64,000 nt of DNA from positions 1 to 64,000 of the forward strand of contig CAWJYV010000002.1 of assembly GCA_963847185.1 (NCBI GenBank), given 5' to 3'. The stretch comes from an uncultured Methanosarcinaceae archaeon (GTDB taxonomy: Archaea; Halobacteriota; Methanosarcinia; Methanosarcinales; Methanosarcinaceae). The position numbers and the translations under genes were made by a program. Each line of letters begins with the position of its first letter. Position 1 is the first letter of the stretch. The notes under the pieces are model-generated. The model saw only the letters and a list, made by a program, of their open reading frames with translations, had not been told where the DNA came from and searched no databases. Of this stretch, positions 31,908-43,612 are shown one piece after another.

Positions 31908-33740
31908 TCATCTATTTTCCAGTTTATTTAGTTCCTGAATCCTTGATTCCACGATATTCATAGCATCCTCAAAGAGTTGTCTGTTGATTTCGATTCCGAA
32001 ATACTTTTTAAGTTTTTCTTCGGGAGGCATTGTTGAACCTGCAGAGAGGTAGTCAATGTAGTTTTTGTTAAAAGTTTCCGGTTTTTCCTTATATTGTTTG
32101 AAAAGGGCAAGAGTTATTGCCTTTGAAATCGCGTAGTTGAAAGTGTAATAGTTGCTCGTCAGGTAGATGTGGTTAATATAAGTCCATTCCGCAGAATCTT
32201 CAGTGTAATACTCAACTGATTCACTCCTGTATTCTTTAGAGAGGTCTGTCCAGAGGACATTTAGTTCAGCTCCACTGAGCTTCCCTTTTTCAGCATATAA
32301 CTGGTGTGCTTTATATTCGAATTCAGCAATCATGGGCTGGCGGGTAAAATAATTCTGATACTCCCCTATATGCTGGGCAAGCATAGCAACTGCGGTTTCC
32401 TTATCAGAATTTTCTATTATATAGTCAACAAAGAGTTCTTCGTTGAAAGTAGAAGGAACCTCCATTTCGTAGATCTGACCTGTACAGTAAAGATAATCTA
32501 CGGAGTTGCCCATCAAATAGAAATTGATTCCATGCCCAAGTTCATGAGTAAGGGTCTTCTGGTCACTGATAAGGCCATTATAGTTGATAAAGATCAGAGC
32601 CGGAGCCTTTAAGGCATAGAGTCCGTAACAGTAACCTCCTGGCTGCTTTCCATGTTCAGGGTCAGGATAAACGTCCACGAAATTTCCAGTTACAGTATTT
32701 AAAAAGATTTCGTTAAATTTGGGATCCATCCCGGAATAGGACTTCTGGATTTCCTTTAAAGCATCTGTATAAGTATAATTTTTATCAGGTTGATCAATCA
32801 ACTGCAACATAAGGTCATATGGCTTGAGCGTTTCAATCCCGAGTTTATTTCTCCTAAACTCGTTATAATCTTCAAATATGCTCTTTCTCTCCTTAAAAAC
32901 CGCATTCATATCATTAATCTGATCTTTCGTGAGATAGAAACCGTAGAGACTCGATTCGTAATAGTCCGGGTAGTTTAGCTCTCTTGCAACAAGGTCATCA
33001 AGTCGGGTTTTTTCAGAATAGAGAGAAGCCATCGAATCAGACTCGTTTATCAGGTGATAAAACCTCTTATCGTAGCATCTTTTCCTGTTTTCCCGGCTCT
33101 TGTCTATTGAAAGCAGAGTATTATAGGACTGGGAATTAACTGAAAATTCCTCTCCATTCTCAAGAGTTATCTTTCCTGCCATAGTGACTTTATTGGTGAT
33201 CTCAGAAAGAGCCTCAGTCTCCAGCTTCATGCGCTGATTTTCGAGATCTGCCAGATATACAGCCTGAGCTTCATTCATTGGCCTGTGCTCTATAAACCTC
33301 ATATAAGTTGCTTCAAGATAAGCCCTATACATCTTAAGTTTTGGCTCTTCGGAAAAGAGTCTGTTCCACTCCTCTTTATTTAGAGAGGTCAACTTCACGG
33401 TTGCAAATGCGTTAGCCTTTCTATATTCGGTAATCAAATCCTGAGTATTCGCAAGAAGAGAATTAAAAAACTGCTCATTCACATTTTTGCTGAGCTGAGT
33501 ATAGGCATAAACATACAGAACCTCAATGGACCTTGAAAACTCCTTATCAGCTTCCAGATATCCAAACAAAGAACCCCCGGACAAATTCTCAAACTTAACA
33601 CGGAAAGTCTCGTTTATTTCTTTTGATTTCTTTTTTAATTCCTCAAGCTTTTCCAGAGCATTTTCTCTGCTGCTGAAAAGGTAGGAATTGTTCCATTCCG
33701 TAGTAACCTCATCCGGATTAATCTCTTTAAATTGTCCCAT
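31908..33740 (-). CDS. pepF: Oligoendopeptidase F (peptidase M3B)
   Basis: GKQPGGYC, TLTHELGH (HExxH), EVPSTFNE, NYYTFNYA. Confidence 0.9.
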   Translation of the reverse strand: MGQFKEINPDEVTTEWNNSYLFSSRENALEKLEELKKKSKEINETFRVKFENLSGGSLFGYLEADKEFSRSIEVLYVYAYTQLSKNVNEQFFNSLLANTQDLITEYRKANAFATVKLTSLNKEEWNRLFSEEPKLKMYRAYLEATYMRFIEHRPMNEAQAVYLADLENQRMKLETEALSEITNKVTMAGKITLENGEEFSVNSQSYNTLLSIDKSRENRKRCYDKRFYHLINESDSMASLYSEKTRLDDLVARELNYPDYYESSLYGFYLTKDQINDMNAVFKERKSIFEDYNEFRRNKLGIETLKPYDLMLQLIDQPDKNYTYTDALKEIQKSYSGMDPKFNEIFLNTVTGNFVDVYPDPEHGKQPGGYCYGLYALKAPALIFINYNGLISDQKTLTHELGHGINFYLMGNSVDYLYCTGQIYEMEVPSTFNEELFVDYIIENSDKETAVAMLAQHIGEYQNYFTRQPMIAEFEYKAHQLYAEKGKLSGAELNVLWTDLSKEYRSESVEYYTEDSAEWTYINHIYLTSNYYTFNYAISKAITLALFKQYKEKPETFNKNYIDYLSAGSTMPPEEKLKKYFGIEINRQLFEDAMNIVESRIQELNKLENR

Positions 33741-33977
33741 AACCTTAACTCCTTGATAACTAAAACCTATAACTGAGCTGTGACTCAATTGTGCATATAT
33801 GACTAAAAGTTTTACATACATGTGATTGAGAATATATCAGGACTGGTTCATATCAATCTAATGTTCAAAAATAATATCATAAAATCTGTTAAAATTAAAA
33901 TAAGGGTTGGATTATTTATACTTGCTCTCTCATTAAGTATTTTAAAAAAGATGACTTTTTAGAAAAAGGTAAGTTAT

Positions 33978-34200
33978 ATGAACGCTAGGAGAAATCACGG
34001 AATCCCTGCCCTTTTTATTTTTCATCCCAATTTTAGGTCAGCTTATAAAGGGACATCTGTTCAAAGCACTGTGGGACATCTGTTCAAAGCACTGTCCATC
34101 TGATAGCTTTCATAATCACTGGACCAGTGCATATTATAGGGATCGGAATTTTAATATGGCTAATCATATGGATCTGGCAGATCTAGAATCCTACAATAAA
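33978..34200 (+). pseudogene. Decayed paralog of the 31561-31788 membrane gene
   Basis: RRNHGIPAL, LGQLIKG and IWIWQI remnants; frameshifts and a 23-bp tandem duplication at 34050-34095. Confidence 0.75.
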
Positions 34201-34315
34201 ATGTATATGTACACTCTTTACCCAGAAAATTTCTTAAAAAAGGAGAGTTTATGAGGATATTTTTCCTCTCATGTCAGAGATAAAAGAGTAAATTTTTTTA
34301 TATAATCCAAAAAAA

Positions 34316-34723
34316 TCAGAGTATCTTTTTCCCGGCTTCTGCACCGGATTTGCACTCGTAAACTTCAGAAACCTTCATAATTGCAAGGGCTTTTGCAGGG
34401 TATCTGTCTCCCATGCTTTTGACCATTTTGTACATCTTTTCATAATCTTCCCCATCGGTCTTTACCTCAAAGTCTCCTTTTATCTGGTAGCAGCCTTTAA
34501 CTTCGGGACCCCATACGTAAATTGCTCCCCTCGGGTTTTCTTCAAGGTTCTGGCGGGTCTTATAAAAATAATTGTCTGCAATCCAGATTGTTTCCCCATC
34601 TTCCTGGAGCTTGCAAAAGCCGATAGGTACAACGTTTGGCTCTCCGCTTTTAGAAGCGGTTGCAAAGGGAAAAACCCTCATTTTTGCAAAGTCTTCTCTC
34701 ATCTGGTCGTTCAGTTTTACCAT
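34316..34723 (-). CDS. Pyridoxamine 5'-phosphate oxidase-like FMN-binding protein
   Basis: ATASKSGEPNVVP, DNYFYKTRQNLEENP, YQIKG. Confidence 0.9.
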   Translation of the reverse strand: MVKLNDQMREDFAKMRVFPFATASKSGEPNVVPIGFCKLQEDGETIWIADNYFYKTRQNLEENPRGAIYVWGPEVKGCYQIKGDFEVKTDGEDYEKMYKMVKSMGDRYPAKALAIMKVSEVYECKSGAEAGKKIL

Positions 34724-34885
34724 TTAATTACCCCTTTATAGAATCAGTTTTTATTAATATGGCTGCAATCACTATATAACTTTGAAGCATCAACAGAAAA
34801 AGGTCAAGAAAGTTTATTCAGTTCTATATTAATGAAAAAAGGGGTAAGAAAAGGACCGAAATTTAGTCCGAAAATATGTAGAATC

Positions 34886-35485
34886 TTAACAATTGAAAAT
34901 CTTATCCAGGAAATACTGGTGGATTCTAAGGTCCTCGGTTAATTCAGGATGGAAAGAAAGAGCCAGCACATTTCCCTGCTCTGCAGCAATTATCAGATCA
35001 TCAAGTTTTGAAAGTACACGCACATCAGGTCCACAGCCTACAATTGCAGGAGCCCTGATAAACACTCCGGTAAAAGAAGAATCGAGAACATCAACTTTAA
35101 GTTCTGCCTCAAAAGAATCCCTCTGCCTTCCAAAAGCGTTCCTGTTAACTCTCGTATCCATAATTCCAAGCAGTTCCTGACTTGTTTTTTCTACCTGTTC
35201 ATCCCCTTCCTTTGCAAGCACAATCAACCCTGCACAGGTCCCAAGAATAGGAACTCCCCTCTCAACCGCAGCCTTAATCTCTTCCGCAATTCCCTCACGG
35301 GCCAGCAGCCTGCAAAGCGTAGTACTCTCCCCGCCAGGAATCACAATCCCACTGCATACCGGAACAATTCCCTTATGCTTTATCGCAACTACCTCTGCCT
35401 CTACCCCTCTTTCCTTAAGGGCTCTTCTTAAAGCATCAACGTGCTCAGAAACCGCTCCTTGAATAGCGATTACACCTATCTTCAT
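34886..35485 (-). CDS. pdxT: PLP synthase glutaminase subunit
   Basis: IGVIAIQG, PGGESTT, GTCAG, RNAFGRQ, FIRAP, FHPE. Confidence 0.97.
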   Translation of the reverse strand: MKIGVIAIQGAVSEHVDALRRALKERGVEAEVVAIKHKGIVPVCSGIVIPGGESTTLCRLLAREGIAEEIKAAVERGVPILGTCAGLIVLAKEGDEQVEKTSQELLGIMDTRVNRNAFGRQRDSFEAELKVDVLDSSFTGVFIRAPAIVGCGPDVRVLSKLDDLIIAAEQGNVLALSFHPELTEDLRIHQYFLDKIFNC

Positions 35486-35754
35486 AAAAAACACCATTTT
35501 CAGAAAACTTTTTAATTATTGAATCAAAAAATTGAAAAAATCTAATTGATTTTTTCTTACAGTCCTGTAAGAAGTATCTATTTTTAAGAATTAAACTTGT
35601 TTGTGTAACTGAAATTAAATATAATTTCCCTAAATTACCCGCTTGAAAAAGCGAAAATGAAATTTACTTCCCCAAATTAGTCCTCTTGAACGTAGTGAAA
35701 TTAATTTAATCTCTCAAGGTCAATCCAATTAGGGAAGTTAAATAAAATTCTAAG

Positions 35755-35840
35755 CCATAAATTAGTCCTCTTGAGCGAGCAAAGCGAGTGAAAAGGACCG
35801 CGTACTCCCGAGGCGCAATTCGGGCGAGGCGCAATTCGGG
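35755..35840 (-). repeat. Dispersed REP-like double-hairpin repeat (copy 2; partial copy at about 35672-35698)
   Basis: Minus strand CCCGAATTGCGCC...GGTCCTTTT...CTCAAGAGGACTAATTTATGG matches 18497-18566. Confidence 0.75.
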
Positions 35841-35865
35841 TATCTCCCGTCGGGATTTTGGCTGT

Positions 35866-36762
35866 TTACCACCCGCGTTCCTGGAGAGCTTCTGCAGCAG
35901 GGATCATATCTGCGCTGATGCCTTTCATGCCTGCACCCACGCCTTTTGAGATTTCTGCTAGTTTTGCAGGGTTGTCAAAGTTGTTGACTGCTTCAACAAT
36001 TGCCTTTGCCATCTTTTCAGGGTTTTCGGCTTTGAAAATTCCTGAGCCCACAAAAACTCCGTCTGCTCCAAGGCGCATCATAAGTGCTGCATCTGCAGGA
36101 GTTGCAACTCCGCCTGCTGCAAAGTTTACTACCGGAAGGCGCTGCATTTTTGCGGTTTCGACAACAAGTTCTATAGGAGCTTCTATTTCCCTTGCAACCA
36201 GAATGAGTTCTTCTTTGGTTTTTCCGGCAAGGGCACGGATTTCTCCCTGAATCTGCTTCATGTGCTTTACTGCCTGGCTGACATCTCCTGTTCCGGCTTC
36301 TCCTTTTGTCCGGATCATGGCTGCCCCTTCATTAATTCTGCGAAGAGCTTCTCCAAGGTTTCTGGCTCCGCAGACAAAAGGAACGGTAAACTGTGTCTTG
36401 TCTATGTGGTAGTAAGGGTCAGCAGGGGTCAGGACTTCTGATTCGTCCACCATGTCAACGCCAAGGGCTTCTAGAATTTCAGCCTCTACGAAATGTCCGA
36501 TCCTGGCTTTTGCCATTACAGGTATTGTGACCGTATCAATGATTTTTTGAACGATTTCAGGGTCTGCCATCCGGGCAACTCCCCCGGCTTTCCTGATATC
36601 TGCAGGGACAGCCTGAAGAGCCATAACGGCAACTGCTCCGGCTTCTTCTGCGATCCGGGCCTGTTCGGGAGTTGTAACGTCCATGATCACACCCCCTTTC
36701 TGCATCCGTGCAAAGCCCCGCTTGATAAGTTCGGTCCCGTGTCGTAATTTTTCGAAGTCCAT
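35866..36762 (-). CDS. pdxS: PLP synthase lyase subunit
   Basis: [53 protein letters not shown]. Confidence 0.98.
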   Translation of the reverse strand: MDFEKLRHGTELIKRGFARMQKGGVIMDVTTPEQARIAEEAGAVAVMALQAVPADIRKAGGVARMADPEIVQKIIDTVTIPVMAKARIGHFVEAEILEALGVDMVDESEVLTPADPYYHIDKTQFTVPFVCGARNLGEALRRINEGAAMIRTKGEAGTGDVSQAVKHMKQIQGEIRALAGKTKEELILVAREIEAPIELVVETAKMQRLPVVNFAAGGVATPADAALMMRLGADGVFVGSGIFKAENPEKMAKAIVEAVNNFDNPAKLAEISKGVGAGMKGISADMIPAAEALQERGW

Positions 36763-37381
36763 GAATGTCATCCTCTCTGTTTTCATCTGCTTTTAAGGTA
36801 TATGCCGTGGGAACCCTTTTAAGAGTGAAACGGCCATTTAGTTATTTCTATTAATTGCAACCAACAGGTTACGATTTCAGTTTAATATATCTACAGCGAA
36901 TTGTGAATACGCTCAATAGTTAAAAGCATTATTTAAGTTATTCCTTAATGAAAGAGTACAGGAAAAATTAATTTGTAAAGATTTAAAATTTATCTTAGTT
37001 TTCCAATAATAAACCGTATTTTTTGCACCTGTTAGATCAATCCCTATTTTTAAAACCAATAATACTACAGACCTTACTGCAAATATTTGCTATTTTTTGA
37101 ACTTTAATTTTGCAGTATGATAATTACTATTTCAGTCTTCATATAATATATATGATTCCTATTATTTTTTATATATAAAGTTTCCTCTGGATCGAGGAAC
37201 AATAAGGGGTTTAAGTATTCCAGAATTATCGGAGCATGAAATTATAATAGGATTCGGACACAGAAATAGACACACCTCAACACTATGCTTAAACTTTCTA
37301 AAAGGCCGGATAAAATACTGGTCCTAAAAAATATCTAAAGGGCCGAATTGAACTTTTTAATAACTTTATGTTATTACCCAG

Positions 37382-38430
37382 TTATTCCACCAGTGTTTTT
37401 AAAGGCTTATAACCTTCATCATCTCTCGCATAGAGACCAAGCTTTGTACAGACAGCTACTGAAATCCAGATTGTAAATGAAGGAATAAAAGTTTTTATAA
37501 ACTCAATTAACGTGAAGTTAAGGTAACTAATTGCTCCTGAAACTTCAAACATGGTATTCAGAAAGACGGAAGATACTCCAAATAACACAAAAGCAATAAA
37601 CATTCTTGAAGTCCTCTGCATTGCATTTCCCGCGTTATCTGGTAACCCTTTTCGTATAACAAGAACGTATGCAAGATTCGTCCCGAGGAAAAATCCTGCT
37701 GCATCGGGACTTATTAAAGATAGGGCTGTGAGAAGGATAGGGATGACAAACATAAAGGAATAAAAAAGCAAATTCTGGAGTCTGAATGTGAATTCAAAAC
37801 TTTGTTTTTCAAAAAAATCACCTTTCAGAGAGCTATTCAAAAAATGAGTAAATATTATAAGGGAAATTAACCCCACAGGTGGCTCCTCCCAGTACATCTC
37901 CCAGAAAATGTCTTCCCAGATACATTCTCGAAAAAGCCATAAGTATGATCGCTAAAGGGGTCATTTTTTTTATCATTCTACTGTTAAAAAGAGTGGAAAT
38001 TCCTCCCCAAAGCGCAGCAGTCAGTGCAACATGTCCTGAAGGAAAACCAAAAGGGGAGTGCATAAAATTTATCTTGAAGACGAAAGGCTTCAAGGATCTG
38101 TTTATCAGGAAATTGGAATATACCTTCAGGTCCATTTCCACTAAAAAGTGAAGTGTTTTTTATTCCATACTCCAGATTAACAACTCTATTATCTACAAAA
38201 TCCGGTCTTGGAAAAGCGATTAAAGTTTTCAGGGTCTCGGTAATCATCCCTGTCCACAATAATAGCTGAAATAGAAGAAAACCTTTTTTAAAATCGATAC
38301 CGAAAGTAATCATAATTATCAGGACAGCAAAGAAAGAAGAAGATCCCATACTGGTTATCAAAATCATAAGCAATGTAAGCCATTCATTTCCAAGGGATTG
38401 CAGGTAGAGAATAGGTTCAGTCTGAAACAT
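37382..38430 (-). pseudogene. PAP2-family phosphatase split by two +1 frameshifts (about 38065 and 37878)
   Basis: K-x6-RP, FPSGH and SRMYLGRH..DV motifs are spread over three consecutive frames. Could be an assembly error. Confidence 0.8.
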
Positions 38431-38941
38431 CTGTATAGCTCCCAGAAAAGACCTTTTTCTGGACTTGATACTTGATTATAGAATTTAATTTCATTCTCAG
38501 AGGCGGGCAAAATTAAAAGCTTTTTCTTATTTTTTTGAAGTCTTTTGATCCAAAAAAACCGGTACTTGAAAAATCTGCTTTTTAGCTATTGATATTACAG
38601 GAACTAGCAGTTGTGCAAAATACGATTATCAGGATTACTTTTTTAAAAAAACGAATCCTTATTATTATATCCTATGAAATATAAATCATTATTTTATATA
38701 CTGAGTTATACCTGATTGATTTCCAGTTAATTTTCGGTTAATTTTCAGTAAATTGAGGGTAATTTCCAATTAATTTTCAGTTGATTTCAGTTAAATTAGA
38801 GGTAATTTCCAGTTATTAAGATAGATTCAGGTTTGAGAAAAACTCAGATATGAAAAGAATATACAGGAATTTCTCTTATTCCGGAAATAGAATACTACAT
38901 GTGTACTAAATTTTCTGACATAAATATTGCGAGGGGGTTAA

Positions 38942-39781
38942 ATGAATTTAATAAATAAGCTACTTTTGACTTTGCTTATTGTAGGTTTACTTGGAACTTT
39001 AGGTTGTGCATATTCCTCTAACTCTAACCGTGAACTAGCTTTAGAGGCAGAGACTGATGATATGGAAGCTGCGGACAGTACGGTTCAGATCCAGACTGCC
39101 ACAGTCAACATTACGACTGAAAACCAGACTTATCAGGCCTATACCGCAGCACCAGCTGCAGAAGGGAATTTCCCTGCCATAGTACTTATTCATTCATTTA
39201 AAGGGTTTGAACATGGCTATCAAAAAATGGTAGACGAAATGGCTACCGATGGATATGTTGTAGTCGCTCCTTTCTGGCAGACCTATTCCCAGTCTCCATC
39301 TGATGCAGAAGTAGGAGCTCTCATAAAAGGAAGTCTGGATTACCTTGAAGAAAGGAAAGACGTTAATTCCGATAAAATGGGTCTGACTGGATTTTGTGCA
39401 GGGGGAAGGTATACGATGCTGTTCTTACCCCAGATAAAGGATTTCAAGTCTGGAGTTGCATGGTATGGTTTTCCTTACACAGGCGGAACTGATGTCCAGC
39501 CAGAAAAGCCTTCAAACCTGATTGTTCAGCTTGATGCGCCTCTGCTTATGATACATGGCAGCCAGGACCAAATAAGTAATGTCTCAAGCATATACAAGTA
39601 CGCAGGAGAACTTGACGCAGCAGACAAGTATTTCGAACTGAAGGTTTACCAGGGAGAACCTCACGGTTTCATGATTACAGAAAGAGGAGATCTTTCGGAA
39701 AGTTTTGTTTCACAGGATGCATATAAGGAAATGATAGTTTTCTTTGACAGGACGCTGAAAAATTCAGCTCATAATTTCTGA
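38942..39781 (+). CDS. Dienelactone hydrolase family protein, probable lipoprotein
   Basis: Signal peptide with TLGC lipobox; GFCAGG nucleophile; HGSQD; HGF. Confidence 0.9.
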   Translation: MNLINKLLLTLLIVGLLGTLGCAYSSNSNRELALEAETDDMEAADSTVQIQTATVNITTENQTYQAYTAAPAAEGNFPAIVLIHSFKGFEHGYQKMVDEMATDGYVVVAPFWQTYSQSPSDAEVGALIKGSLDYLEERKDVNSDKMGLTGFCAGGRYTMLFLPQIKDFKSGVAWYGFPYTGGTDVQPEKPSNLIVQLDAPLLMIHGSQDQISNVSSIYKYAGELDAADKYFELKVYQGEPHGFMITERGDLSESFVSQDAYKEMIVFFDRTLKNSAHNF

Positions 39782-40045
39782 AGGCGTATTTAACCTAACT
39801 AATCAGAATCTAAGTAATTTGCCGTTGTAAAAAACCACTATATGCATTGAGTGCTTTTTCATGTTTATTTGAGCACATATATATTTTTATTCAATCAAAA
39901 AACTTTTTTTTGAATCTAATACCTAATTTTCATTATTCCAGGATGTGAAGATAACTTTGGAATTCTTGAATACGATTTTTCAAAAAAGGAATATAATCCC
40001 AATTATATATTATTAAATATAAACTTGCGCCAGGAACAGGAACCT

Positions 40046-41254
40046 ATGGTAAATACTTTCCCACATTGGAATCGGCCTTCTTCTTTCCTATTCTCTGGGC
40101 TTTAAAGGAAAAAAAGATTAGCTTTAGTGCTTCTTTCTATACTTCCTGACCTTGATTATTTTACCTATTCCGTATTTACTCTCATCATCCATAGCGTAAG
40201 CCATGAAACCCGAAATCAACTTTTCTACCTGTTCGGCCACAGGGAGTTTACACACTCGATTTTTTTGCATTCCTAGTAGCACTTTTCATATGGGTAAAAA
40301 CTAGAGACAAGCGTTTCACTTTTGGAGGATTTCAGGCCGTTTTCCTGCATGTTCTGATTGATTATACGACAAGTGCAAAATGCGTCCCTTCTATCCGCTC
40401 AGCACAAATGAGTCAGCTCTCAGAGCCATTTATCCCTTTGATCCGGTAGTAAATATACTTCCTCTGTTTCCTCTTTTCATCGTGACTGCCCAATATTTGA
40501 AAAACAGGCGTTGGTGGAGTCTTAAAAGTAAAGACAAAAGGGATTTGAGAATAGGAAATAGACGGAGTATTAAAAGTGAGAAATGGAGAATAAGTGAGAA
40601 ATGGAGAATTGGAAGTGAAATCTGGACATTAAATGCAGGGATATTTGGAGCATTAAAAGCAGAGACATAGTGAACAGAAATTGAGTAGAATAAATGTTTT
40701 TCATGGCTTTGTAAAAGGGAATGAAAGAAACTTTACGCCTCCCTAATATTAGCTCTCCTTATCTGGGTTACAATATTGCCAGTTGCAAAAACAGTTCTTT
40801 TAGACCATATTTCTGATACAGAGGGAGCCAGAATAAGTTACAAGAACACCTATCCTGTATCCCCTGGAAAGTTCCTTGCAGCGTATCCGCACGATGCTAC
40901 CCATTATAAACTTCTGGAACTAAGCTACTGGTCAGGAATCGAAAAAAGCTTTTATGTCGAAAAAGTTTCAGTAACAGGTAATATTCCTGACGCTTCTGTT
41001 CACGCCGGAAAAGCCGGAAAGCTCTATAGTAACTCAGTACCTCAGGCAATTGATTATCCTGTTTATGCAGTTTCCAAGGAAAAGGATTAGTAACAGTTAT
41101 TTTGAGCGATGCCAGAAATCCATACGTTGATAAATGGCCTTATTTCGATACAGTTTACAGGTTCGTTTTTGACAGGAAAAACGGAGAGTATGAGGTTTAT
41201 GAGAGCCATTATGGGAGAGCGGAAAAAAAGCTTGACAAGAACTACTTTGAGTAA
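40046..41254 (+). pseudogene. Decayed paralog of the 42494-43546 metal-dependent hydrolase
   Basis: LPDLD, SHETRNQLFYL.GHRE, MRPFYP, PGKFLAAYP, PQAIDYPVY, SDARNPYV remnants with many indels and stops. Confidence 0.88.
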
Positions 41255-41398
41255 CTCAAATAAAATAGAATGAATTAAATATAATTTCAGTTCTGATAAA
41301 AAAGTGTTATTTCCGATTACCTTTAAAATAAAAAAGTAATTGGAAAATATAATCGGATGAGATAAATCTGAAATAAGCCGTTTAAAACAAAATTTTAA

Positions 41399-42010
41399 TT
41401 ATTTCCGCATTTTCTTGAAGTAATTGTCGATTTCTTCCCAGTTTACAATATTCCAGAACGCTTCTATGAATTTTGCCCTGTCATTCCTGTAATCAACATA
41501 GTAAGCATGTTCCCAGGTATCCAGAGCCATAATTATCGGATAATCAGGGACCACGTTTACATTATGCTTCTCTATCTGCATAATCATGAGCCTTTCTGTG
41601 TCTTTACAGTAAGTTAATGCCGCCCATCCTGATCCCTCCACAGTTGATGCAACCTGGGAAAACTCCTTTTTAAATCTGTCAAAGCCTCCGAAGTTTTCTT
41701 TGATTACTTCAGATAACTCCCCAACAGGTTCTTTGCTTGAATTGCTTGCAGGGGTCATCTCCCACCAGAAGTAATCGTGAAGAACATGCCCTGCAAGGTT
41801 AAAAGACAGGTTTTTTGCAGCTGCCTTATAATCAAAGTCAGTTCCTTCTTTCCTTGCTTTATCCATCATCTCTATAGCTGCATTTGCGTTAGTCACATAA
41901 GCCTGATGGTGTTTATCGTGGTGTAGCCTGAGTTGCTCTTCGGAAATATAAGGTGCCAGATCTCCATATCCATATTTCAAAGGCGGTAATTTGTATAAAC
42001 CTTTAGCCAT
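41399..42010 (-). CDS. sod: Fe/Mn superoxide dismutase
   Basis: HHDKHHQAYV, GHVLH, GSGW, DTWEHAYY. Confidence 0.97.
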   Translation of the reverse strand: MAKGLYKLPPLKYGYGDLAPYISEEQLRLHHDKHHQAYVTNANAAIEMMDKARKEGTDFDYKAAAKNLSFNLAGHVLHDYFWWEMTPASNSSKEPVGELSEVIKENFGGFDRFKKEFSQVASTVEGSGWAALTYCKDTERLMIMQIEKHNVNVVPDYPIIMALDTWEHAYYVDYRNDRAKFIEAFWNIVNWEEIDNYFKKMRK

Positions 42011-42493
42011 ATTATCTACCCTCTTTATAATCCTCTTATAATCAACTGGTTTCACAAAACTTGTTCAAGAGTCTGGATCCAAATACAAATCTATACTTTC
42101 CAGTTAAAGAGATCCCGAAGATATCCTGAAGAGATCCAAAGAAATTCCATTACAAGTTCTGCCCTGCTAACCAATTTTCCCCTTAACTCTGTTAACAGAA
42201 ATACATCTTCAAAGTGCTCTGTTACAAACGATTTTGTCGCTAAACGCTTTTCGCTGTGAAGCACTCTACTTTAAGCTTCTTCAAACACATATCAAATTGC
42301 GTCTGGCAATTCAAATGTAAAATATAATTATACATCGAACCTATTTAAAGTTAAAAGATACTACTTATAGATATTTTTGAAGAAAGGTATTTAGAATATC
42401 CATCAAATATTTGACGTATTAAAAATAAAACATAAGTAAAAAGAAAAAATAAAAATGAAATAAAAGAAGAAAAAAAGTTTTTCAGGACAAAAA

Positions 42494-43546
42494 ATGGTAA
42501 ATACACTCTCCCATCTTGGTGTCGGCCTTCTGATCGCTCTTGCCCTTGGCTTTAAAGGAAAAAAGCGAAATACTCTGGCTTTTCTGGCAATTCTTCCTGA
42601 TCTTGACTTCATCCCATACATTCTGTTTGCCATTGTCAGCGGAAGCGTGAGCCATGAGACACGAAACCAGCTTTTTTATCTGCTAGGCCACAGGGAATTT
42701 ATGCACTCAATTCTTTTCATTTTGCTTGTCGTGCTTTTTATCTGGCTTAAAACAAAAGACCGTTTATTTACAGCTGCCGGTTTTGCAGCTATTTTTTCCC
42801 ACAGCTACCTTGATTACGCCACAAGCTGGAAAATGCGTCCCCTCTACCCTTTCAGTACAGATGCATCCATTATGGGAGCCATCTACTTCTTCGACCCGCT
42901 GGCAAACCTAATTCCCCTGATCCCTGTCTTTGTTTTACTCGTAGCCTTTATGAAAAACCGGGGGAAATGGAACGGAAATTTCAACAACTTCTGTACTTTT
43001 GTCACGCAAAACAGGAGCAAATTCTATTTCACCCTCCTTATTGTGCTTCTGATCTGGCTAACAGTTTTGCCTGTGGCAAAGTTATTCCTTGTGAAAAATA
43101 TTTCTGATAGCGAGGGCGCAAAAATCAGCTACCAGGACACCTATCCATCTTCTCCCGGAAAATTCCTTGCAGCGTATCCCTACAACTCTACACATTACAG
43201 GATTATGGAAGTAAGCTACTGGTCAGGGATCGAGAAAAGCGATGTTGTCGAGATAATTTCCGTGACCGGTCACATTCCCGATGCTTCAGCCTATGTTGAA
43301 AGAGTCGAAAAACTCTATAGCACAGCTGTCCCACAGGAAATCGATTATCCTGTCTATACCGTCTCGGAAGAAAACGGTTCGGTAACTGTTGTGTTGAGCG
43401 ATGCAAGAGATCCGTATGTTGAATACTGGGCTTATTTCAAAACAGTTTACAGGTTCGTATTTGATAAAGAAAGCGGGGATTATGTTGCCTATGCTAGTAT
43501 GCAGGAGGAGAAAGAGGAGAAATTAGAGGAGAATTGGTTTGAGTGA
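42494..43546 (+). CDS. Membrane metal-dependent hydrolase (YdjM/DUF457-like)
   Basis: SH, LPDLD, HREFMHS, SHSYLD motifs. Confidence 0.88.
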   Translation: MVNTLSHLGVGLLIALALGFKGKKRNTLAFLAILPDLDFIPYILFAIVSGSVSHETRNQLFYLLGHREFMHSILFILLVVLFIWLKTKDRLFTAAGFAAIFSHSYLDYATSWKMRPLYPFSTDASIMGAIYFFDPLANLIPLIPVFVLLVAFMKNRGKWNGNFNNFCTFVTQNRSKFYFTLLIVLLIWLTVLPVAKLFLVKNISDSEGAKISYQDTYPSSPGKFLAAYPYNSTHYRIMEVSYWSGIEKSDVVEIISVTGHIPDASAYVERVEKLYSTAVPQEIDYPVYTVSEENGSVTVVLSDARDPYVEYWAYFKTVYRFVFDKESGDYVAYASMQEEKEEKLEENWFE

Positions 43547-43612
43547 AAAATCTCGGGAACTATAACATTTTTTGAATATTTTATTGTGTTCTATACTCAA
43601 TTTAAAGAGATA

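Noticed and set aside
41080-41100. Possible pyrrolysine (TAG) read-through
   Set aside because: The TAG is followed directly by TAA and arises from a frameshift in a pseudogene. I saw no convincing in-frame amber elsewhere.
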